A stretch of 32,000 nt of DNA from positions 1,483,665 through 1,515,664 of the forward strand of contig NZ_CP058952.1 in assembly GCF_013423785.1 (NCBI RefSeq). Reading direction: 5' to 3'. Below the pieces are notes generated by a model, which had not been told where the DNA came from, searched no databases, and worked only from the letters and a program-made list of their open reading frames with translations. Source of the stretch: Chitinibacter fontanus (GTDB taxonomy: Bacteria; Pseudomonadota; Gammaproteobacteria; Burkholderiales; Chitinibacteraceae). Below, piece after piece: positions 18,389 through 24,704 of the stretch. The translations under genes and the position numbers were made by a program. The first letter of the stretch is position 1. Every line of letters starts with the position of its first letter.

Positions 18389-19016
18389 ACGCGTATTCGG
18401 TTTTGCCATTGGGCGTTTCCACAGCGCGGCAAGGCGGTTAAAGCCATCCCACGCCAGTTTCTGCACCTGCGCGCCTTGCTGTTTTTCAATCAGATTGCCG
18501 CGCGCGTCGTACTTGAAATGCGTACCGGCGTATTCTTTGAGCAAACTGCCGACAATGGTGGGTATATTGCCGGGAAGATTATTACTATTAACCTGCGAGG
18601 CAATACTGCCATTGGTATTAACGATATTGCTCGCCGGATCGAAGGCAAAAGTTTCTTTGGCATGCGGGCTGGCGGCGGCGATCAGGCGGCCAACTGGGTC
18701 GTAACGGTAGCTGGTCGCACCGCTGCGGCTGTCGTTAATGCCGAGCAGCTGGCCGACGGCGTCATCCCCCAAGGGGACTTCCTACGGGGCGTACTGATAG
18801 CTGCGTGTTTGGCTGGTTTTGCCCGCCAGCGTTTGCTGCGTGAGCCGGCCCATTTTGTCGTATTGCTGCGTTGCGGCGAGCTGATTGCCGAGCGTGCGGC
18901 GCACTTCACGGTGCAGATGATCGCGCTCAAAGCTGGCGATTTCCTGCCCATTCCACAACACGCCATGCACATGGCCGCTGCCGTAGGTAAGCCAATCGGT
19001 GCGCTGGCCATCGGGG
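18389..19016 (-). pseudogene. Orphan rhs fragment A, decayed 5' part
   Basis: Aligns by eye to the main rhs at about 21030-21625. It is interrupted by insert copy d (in-frame TAG) and by a 2-nt insertion at about 18420-18423 (ttccACagcgcgg versus main ttccagcgcgg) that shifts the frame. It has no start of its own upstream of copy d. Confidence 0.75.
18766..18792 (-). repeat. 27-nt insert copy d
   Basis: The main rhs reads gacggcgtcat|actgatagc (SYQY|DAVGQ). Here the same flanks enclose the 27-mer. The TTG inside it opens the track ORF 17912..18772. Confidence 0.92.
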
Positions 19017-19019
19017 TTA

Positions 19020-19046
19020 AATCAATCGAGTCTGACCTCATTGATT
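19020..19046 (-). repeat. Cassette-junction hairpin, copy 2 (AATCAAT-cgagtctgacctc-ATTGATT)
   Basis: Lies between the stop of the 19063..19641 gene and the start of rhs fragment A homology. Covaries with copy 1 (C:G here, T:A there). Confidence 0.55.
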
Positions 19047-19062
19047 GTGAATATATCGCTCA

Positions 19063-19641
19063 TTATCCATAAAAATAGTCCACAAAGTTTTCGAAATTTT
19101 CAGTCCCTAACAACGGGAGTACTTTCTTATGTAATGCAGCTATAAATAGAGGATCTATTTCATCATCCTCGTTACTAACGTTAAAAACTCCAAACTCGCC
19201 ATAAACAATTTCGATCAACTCAGCCAATGCAAATATAAATTTAGGTAAATTCTCAGCCATTTTGTAACCTAGTGCTGGCTCTGGCATTGCATAAATTTCT
19301 CCACTTCCTACTTTGAAAAAAATGGGTCTGCCACCGCCCTCGCCATCAACAATAACTAAATCTGTTTCAGGCCATCGATCATTTACAACTAAAGAATTAT
19401 TAGAGTAAATATAACGATACCCTATTTGCGCTGCATCAATATAAAGTGAACCAGCAATCTTTATTGGAAAAAATCCAGTCTCGATCTTTAGTGACTGGTC
19501 TCCGACGAGAGCAATATATTCTTTTACTTGGTCCTTATTAACTTCCACCCCTTTTTCACCTTTTCTACCACTTACACTTTTTATCTTATATTTTTCAACC
19601 TTTTCTCTTAGAATTCCAAACGCAGACTCAATTTCTCTCAT
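19063..19641 (-). CDS. SUKH-like immunity protein, orphan (no adjacent toxin)
   Basis: 192-aa AT-rich ORF. The segment DLVIVDGEGGGRPIFFKVGSGEIY resembles the SUKH core (hydrophobic-x-D/E-GGG). The match is weaker than for the other two SUKH calls. Confidence 0.55.
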   Translation of the reverse strand: MREIESAFGILREKVEKYKIKSVSGRKGEKGVEVNKDQVKEYIALVGDQSLKIETGFFPIKIAGSLYIDAAQIGYRYIYSNNSLVVNDRWPETDLVIVDGEGGGRPIFFKVGSGEIYAMPEPALGYKMAENLPKFIFALAELIEIVYGEFGVFNVSNEDDEIDPLFIAALHKKVLPLLGTENFENFVDYFYG

Positions 19642-19669
19642 GACAAAACCTCTACTTACTGTTTAACTC

Positions 19670-19700
19670 CGATTACGCTTTGCCTATCGAAGCTACGAGG
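19670..19700 (-). repeat. Cassette-junction motif X, copy 2 (cgattacgctttgcctatcgaagctacgagg)
   Basis: Lies in the 73-nt gap between the two immunity genes. Related to 15925-15954. Confidence 0.5.
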
Positions 19701-19714
19701 CGTACTCATTGGCA

Positions 19715-20101
19715 TCAATCAATCTTAAAATCATTCTTTGCCCAGTCTTCGAATCCTGTAGTTATAAATTTAAAATAATTCGGAGACATATCACCCAACC
19801 CAGATGAATATATACCACCATCTTTCACTCGCAATAAAAAACCAGTGCCACCACTATCATCACCAATCAACAAATAGCCAGGAGCATAAATATTCGTTTC
19901 AAAAGTAAGGTTTCTTTCGCAAAGATCTTCTGCCTCGTATAAAACAAGGCCATCATCTCGTGAATATTGACCGTACTTTTTGAGAAAATCTAAATAATGT
20001 ACATCTACCTTAGCAAGATCAACCCAATCCAAAGCCACCCCATTTAGATCAAAATCTACATCACGCCTTTCCGAGTAGAAGGAAAAATTGCCATATTTCA
20101 T
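19715..20101 (-). CDS. SMI1/KNR4 (SUKH) family immunity protein, cognate to the main Rhs toxin
   Basis: 128-aa ORF. Its ATG overlaps the rhs TGA (ATGA). SUKH core LLIGDDSGGTGFLLRVKDGGIY. Confidence 0.75.
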   Translation of the reverse strand: MKYGNFSFYSERRDVDFDLNGVALDWVDLAKVDVHYLDFLKKYGQYSRDDGLVLYEAEDLCERNLTFETNIYAPGYLLIGDDSGGTGFLLRVKDGGIYSSGLGDMSPNYFKFITTGFEDWAKNDFKID

Positions 20102-23100
20102 TTAAACGCCCCCAAACAATCAAAATATTTATAACTATCTTTGATTGATTTTTTGGCAATCTCAGGAGGAACGCCAGCATCAATCATTGATTTGTATCCA
20201 AATTGAAACTCATCACGAATTGAAGTCGATCCCCAGCGACCACCTGGACTTGCATCGAGCTGAGACCGATAAGCACGTTGCGCAGCCGAGATTTTTGCAT
20301 GGGATGCACCGCTGTTCGAAGGTAATAAAACAGCAGGTGCATCCTTTGAGGAATATCCATTTACGTTTTGCTTTGCCCATTCATCCTGTACAGGGTGATG
20401 CGACTGAATGAAGTTGTCACTTCTTGTATTTTTATGACCCGCAGCTCTGTTGCAGGCGGGACTTAAATTCCCATGCGGGTCAACATCGTGCTTCTTATAT
20501 CCACCTGGACGATTAGCTGTTCTTGTTAGTCCTATTGGATCAACCCAACCCACCGGATTCGGCGCATAAGCATGGGTATTTAATCCACCCAACAATCCAA
20601 TCGGGTCAGACGAAATAAACCGTCCCGTTTCTGGGTCGTAGTAGCGGTGGCGGTTGTAGTGTAAACCGGATTCGGCGTCGAAGTATTGGCCTTGGAAGCG
20701 GATCGGGTTGTCGATGCCGACGCTTTGCGCGGCTTGCGAGATGACCGCTTTCGCTTCGCCCCATGCTTTGTATTCCGCCTGCCAAGCGATTTCGCCCTCG
20801 GCGTCGGTCAGCAGTTGCGGCGTACCGAGGTGGTCGACGTGGTAGTAGGCGGTGTTACTGCCTCCATCTTTTTCCACCACCTGAGCCAGCGGTACAAAGC
20901 TGCCCGCTTCGAACAGATAATGGCGTGTGTGATCGGCGGTTTTTTCCAGCGCGATGACATCGCCATCCCAGACAAAGGTCGTGGTCTGGCCGTTGTGGCG
21001 TTTGGCGATACGGCGGCCGAAGACGTCGTACGCGTATTCGGTTTTGCCATTCGGCGTTTCCAGCGCGGCAAGGCGGTTAAACCCATCCCACGCCAGTTTC
21101 TGCACCTGAGCGCCTTGCTGTTTTTCAATCAGATTGCCGCGCGCGTCGTACTTGAAATGCGTACCGGCGTATTCTTTCAGCAAGTTACCGACAATGGTGG
21201 GTATATTGCCGGGAAGATTATTACTATTAACCTGCGAGGCAATACTGCCATTGGTATTAACGATATTGCTCGCCGGATCACAGGCAAAAGTCTCTTTGCT
21301 ATGCGGGCTGGCAGCGGCGATGAGGCGGCCAACGGGGTCATAGCGGTAGCTGGTCACGCCGCTGCGGCTGTCGTTAATGCCGAGTAGCTGGCCGACGGCG
21401 TCATACTGATAGCTGCGCGTTTGGCTGGTTTTGCCCGCCAGCGTTTGCTGCGTAAGCCGGCCCATTTTGTCGTATTGCTGTGTGGCGGCGAGCTGGTTGC
21501 CGAGCGTGCGACTCACCTCGCGGTGCAGATTATCGCGCTCAAAGCTGGCGATTTCCTGCCCATTCCACAACACGCCATGCACATGGCCGCTGCCGTAGGT
21601 GAGCCAATCGGTGCGCTGGCCGTCGGGCCGGATGCTGGCGATGCGATTGCCGAGCGCATCGTATTCGTGCGCCCACGTGTATTGCTGGCGCTGACCAAAC
21701 AGGCGGTAATCGTGCGTTTCCCCGACCAGATTGCCCACCGCGTCAAATTGGAAGCGGCATTCGCTAAATTGATTTTTGGCAGCGTAAATCCGGCCAAAGG
21801 CATCGTATTTAAAGCGCTCGCGGCTGGTGCCGCTGGCGCGCTCAATCAGCCGGCCAGCATTATCGTAGGCCAGCGTGGTGATCTGGCCGGCTTCGTTGAT
21901 TTGCGCCAAGCGGCCGCTGCCGGCATCGTATTGGTACTGCGTTTCGCGCTGGGCAAAATCGCGCTCGCGCAGCAGGCGGCCAACCACGTCGTATTCAAAA
22001 CGATAGCTTTCGCGGTTTTCGTTGGTGAGCGTAATGAGCTGATTGAGTTTGTCGTAGGCATAATTGAGCTGCTGGCCAGCGGCATCGGTGCGACCGCTAA
22101 TGCGGCCCGCTTTGTCGTAGGCGTAGCGCGTGGTGCGATCGAGCGCATCGATGTGCGTTAGCAAACGCCCTTCGGCGTCGTATTCCAGCTTGATTTCGGT
22201 GGTATCGGGCTGAATGACTTTTTCTAATTGGCCCGCATGTCCATACTGGTAGCGGGTAATACCACCTGCTGCGTCTTGCGCGGCTTTGATGCGACCGCGC
22301 TCGTCGTAAGTCCAGCGGCTGGTTTTGCTGGAGCAATCGGTATAGCTCAGCAGCAAGCCGGTATCGGTGTACGCCAGCTTTTTGCTGCCGCCTTTGGCGT
22401 CTTTAATCTCGACCGGCAAGCCTTGCGCGTTGTAGGCGTATTGCGTGCAATGGCCCAGCGGATCGGTTTCTTTAACCAGATTGCCTTTGGCGTCGAATTC
22501 GCGCAGCCACTCCTCGCCGTTGGGGTCGGTGATTTTGATCAGTTGATCTTTGTCGTCATACTGCATCCGCACGATGCTGGCATCGGCGCGGACGTGCTCG
22601 ATGAGATTGTCGCGCTCGTCATAAACAAAAGACTCTTGGCTGCCATCCGAGTGAATATGCTGCAATAGATTTTTGTGATCGTCCCTAAGTAGCCACTCTT
22701 CGCCGCCATCAGGATAAACGGTGCGGTATGGATAGCCAGACTCATCCATATAGTAATACGTTGGATGACCAAGCCCGTTGGTCACAATCGTCAGCCGCAG
22801 ATGCTCAACATATTCGAGCAGCAATTCGCTACTTCCATCATCGGCGTATTCGCGAATGACTCGCGCAGTGGCTTCACGACCATTCCACTCCAAATTCATG
22901 CCACGGCCAGTGCGGTCGGTATAGCGCGTTACTAGGTGATTTTGATAGCGATATTCGCGCTGATGGCCATTTTCATCTGTAGCAGCGATCAGGTCGCCAG
23001 CATCATCGTAGCGATATTGCGCCAAGACCCGCGCAGGCGTATCACCCACTGCTGTTTGCGTTAGTTTCTCGATACGCCCTGCAGCGTCGGTTTGCACCAA

Positions 23101-24687
23101 GACCCACGGGCCATCGCCACTGCGCAAACGCGTCATCCGCCCTGCCGCATCATAATCAAGGACGATCTGATTACCTGCACGATCGCGCAGTAAAGACAGT
23201 AAGAATCGCTCGCCACGCAGCTCATACAACTCAAGCAATTCATGTCCGCGCGTTACTGATAGCAGCTTTTCATCCAAGCGGCTCAGCATCAGCCCTTCGC
23301 TACGATCTTGATGATGCTCGCCGACTTTAAGCAGAGGATAATCCAGCTCACGGCCTTGCGCGTCGATATGAATCAGCTCGGCATCTTGCAACTCAAAGCG
23401 GGTATGAAAAGGTGTCAGCCAGCGGGCACCGAGCATGCCGTCGTCAAACCGGGTGAGACGCGAGTTATAACTACGCGTCCAAACCACCGGCATCACGCCA
23501 GGTAATACAAAATCGGTATGGCTAAATGTTTCATTACCCAAGCCGAGTTGAACGGCTCCGCCAACTTGTCCATTAGTGCCAGGCTTGCCAGTAGGACAGA
23601 CCTTGCACGCATTCGGATTTCGTTTTACGGGTTGTAGTTTTCGCTGTTTTTCAATCGACGCATCGACATGACGGTATTCAACTACACTGCGGCCATTTGT
23701 ATTTGCCGCACCTGTGGCTTTGACCCGACCTTTGCGATGTAGCAACCGTTCACTGATCGTTTTCAGTAACCAAGCAATACTGCCTTTAGTGCCGGCCTCA
23801 GCCAAAGCCATTATTCGTTGATTAATTTGCGGCTTAATGTCTTGGCGTAAATAGCGCGCAATCCCCAGCAATTCGGCTTGCATAGCATCCGTTAAAGCCA
23901 ACTGTAATGCTGAATTCACGACTGCCATTTGTGCGCGAGCATGGAAACTTAAAACAGAGGCAAAAAACCCCTTTTCTTGTTCCGGAGAGCGAAAATTCCG
24001 CCCAGGTTGATACTTTGCCCGACCAGCCGGACGGTATATACCTAGATGACCTGTTGCTATCTGATGCAAAAAGGTTGCAAATTGCTCTAAGAGATCATTC
24101 AGAAAGCCGCACACATCTTGCAATAAAGGCTTGAGCTCGGCAGCGAGATCATCTACCGCTTTTTCAACCTTATCGGCCAGCTTTAAATCTGTTAGCAAAT
24201 GGTTCACGACCACTGTTAAAACTGCTTCGGCAATATCCCCTTTATGATGAGCAATAGCTTGTCGAGCCAAACCAAGAACTGGACGCATGGCAATTCGGGT
24301 GGTAGCTAAGCCTGGGGCTGGAATCACCCCAAGGGCATCAATCCCTATCCCAAACCACTCAACTAAATTGGCTTCGTCTTGTTTTTGCGACAGCTCATAT
24401 AATCCAGTAAGTACATCTGCTGCTGCCAATAGGTTACCGAGCACCGGAACCGCCGACATGACCATTTCCAGGTCACTCAGTGTCAGCTTTCCACCGGTTA
24501 AACTCCTTATCCACTGGTCAAAACCATTAATATTGGCTTGCACATCTTTTGGAAGTTGCGCCCCCTTTAAGGGCAGCAGCGCATACTCGCGCATGATCTT
24601 TTGGGTTTCGTTCGCATTAGCGAGATAGCCAGCACCACTAGACTCTGAAGTCATGGTATCGCGATTGGGGCCGTAGGTTGATCCCAT
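20098..24687 (-). CDS. rhs: Rhs-family T6SS effector: about 372-aa non-PAAR N-terminal domain, YD-repeat shell, and 142-aa C-terminal toxin
   Basis: 1529-aa ORF with many YD repeats (YRYDDAGDL, YAYDKAGR, FEYDVVGRL ...). The core-end motif HYNRHRYYDPETGRFISSDPIGLLGG...PVGWVDPIGL ends at about nt 20527. The tail after it has no homology to fragment A. Confidence 0.95.
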   Translation of the reverse strand: MGSTYGPNRDTMTSESSGAGYLANANETQKIMREYALLPLKGAQLPKDVQANINGFDQWIRSLTGGKLTLSDLEMVMSAVPVLGNLLAAADVLTGLYELSQKQDEANLVEWFGIGIDALGVIPAPGLATTRIAMRPVLGLARQAIAHHKGDIAEAVLTVVVNHLLTDLKLADKVEKAVDDLAAELKPLLQDVCGFLNDLLEQFATFLHQIATGHLGIYRPAGRAKYQPGRNFRSPEQEKGFFASVLSFHARAQMAVVNSALQLALTDAMQAELLGIARYLRQDIKPQINQRIMALAEAGTKGSIAWLLKTISERLLHRKGRVKATGAANTNGRSVVEYRHVDASIEKQRKLQPVKRNPNACKVCPTGKPGTNGQVGGAVQLGLGNETFSHTDFVLPGVMPVVWTRSYNSRLTRFDDGMLGARWLTPFHTRFELQDAELIHIDAQGRELDYPLLKVGEHHQDRSEGLMLSRLDEKLLSVTRGHELLELYELRGERFLLSLLRDRAGNQIVLDYDAAGRMTRLRSGDGPWVLVQTDAAGRIEKLTQTAVGDTPARVLAQYRYDDAGDLIAATDENGHQREYRYQNHLVTRYTDRTGRGMNLEWNGREATARVIREYADDGSSELLLEYVEHLRLTIVTNGLGHPTYYYMDESGYPYRTVYPDGGEEWLLRDDHKNLLQHIHSDGSQESFVYDERDNLIEHVRADASIVRMQYDDKDQLIKITDPNGEEWLREFDAKGNLVKETDPLGHCTQYAYNAQGLPVEIKDAKGGSKKLAYTDTGLLLSYTDCSSKTSRWTYDERGRIKAAQDAAGGITRYQYGHAGQLEKVIQPDTTEIKLEYDAEGRLLTHIDALDRTTRYAYDKAGRISGRTDAAGQQLNYAYDKLNQLITLTNENRESYRFEYDVVGRLLRERDFAQRETQYQYDAGSGRLAQINEAGQITTLAYDNAGRLIERASGTSRERFKYDAFGRIYAAKNQFSECRFQFDAVGNLVGETHDYRLFGQRQQYTWAHEYDALGNRIASIRPDGQRTDWLTYGSGHVHGVLWNGQEIASFERDNLHREVSRTLGNQLAATQQYDKMGRLTQQTLAGKTSQTRSYQYDAVGQLLGINDSRSGVTSYRYDPVGRLIAAASPHSKETFACDPASNIVNTNGSIASQVNSNNLPGNIPTIVGNLLKEYAGTHFKYDARGNLIEKQQGAQVQKLAWDGFNRLAALETPNGKTEYAYDVFGRRIAKRHNGQTTTFVWDGDVIALEKTADHTRHYLFEAGSFVPLAQVVEKDGGSNTAYYHVDHLGTPQLLTDAEGEIAWQAEYKAWGEAKAVISQAAQSVGIDNPIRFQGQYFDAESGLHYNRHRYYDPETGRFISSDPIGLLGGLNTHAYAPNPVGWVDPIGLTRTANRPGGYKKHDVDPHGNLSPACNRAAGHKNTRSDNFIQSHHPVQDEWAKQNVNGYSSKDAPAVLLPSNSGASHAKISAAQRAYRSQLDASPGGRWGSTSIRDEFQFGYKSMIDAGVPPEIAKKSIKDSYKYFDCLGAFK

Positions 24688-24704
24688 GAGTTATCCAGTA
24701 AAAA

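Noticed and set aside
17912-18772. 286-aa minus-strand ORF starting at the TTG of insert copy d
   Set aside because: Only its first 118 or so residues are in the genuine Rhs frame (MGDDAVGQLLGINDSRSG...NRLAAL). After the 2-nt insertion near 18420 it continues in a wrong frame (WKRPMAKPNTRTPRRKSPWG...), across insert c and over the real ORF 17496..18368. I treat it as part of the pseudogenised 5' portion of fragment A.
15429-18792. The four identical 27-mers as a CRISPR array
   Set aside because: Spacings are irregular (286, 2647 and 404 nt). The intervening sequence is rhs coding homology and immunity genes rather than spacers. No cas genes or leader are present.
19016-19046. Integron attC-like site (GTTAAAT matches the GTTRRRY core next to an inverted repeat)
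   Set aside because: Only this copy has the GTT core; the homologous junction at 15955-15990 does not. No inverse core or intI gene is present, and the cassettes are rhs-type modules. The match is probably coincidental.
15264-21625. rhs repeat copies as template/variable repeats of a diversity-generating retroelement
   Set aside because: No reverse transcriptase or accessory gene is in the window. The repeats are about 0.65-1.1 kb rather than about 100-150 bp. The mismatches I could see include all substitution types and indels rather than adenine-specific changes.
15353-22668. Long plus-strand ORFs across the rhs gene and its fragments (15353..15940, 18252..18704, 18476..19072, 20686..21387, 21421..22161, 22228..22668)
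   Set aside because: They lie antisense to clearly recognisable YD-repeat coding sequence. Their translations are low-complexity (Ala/Arg/Gly-rich) with no recognisable motifs or RBS. Such open antisense frames are expected in GC-rich repetitive DNA.
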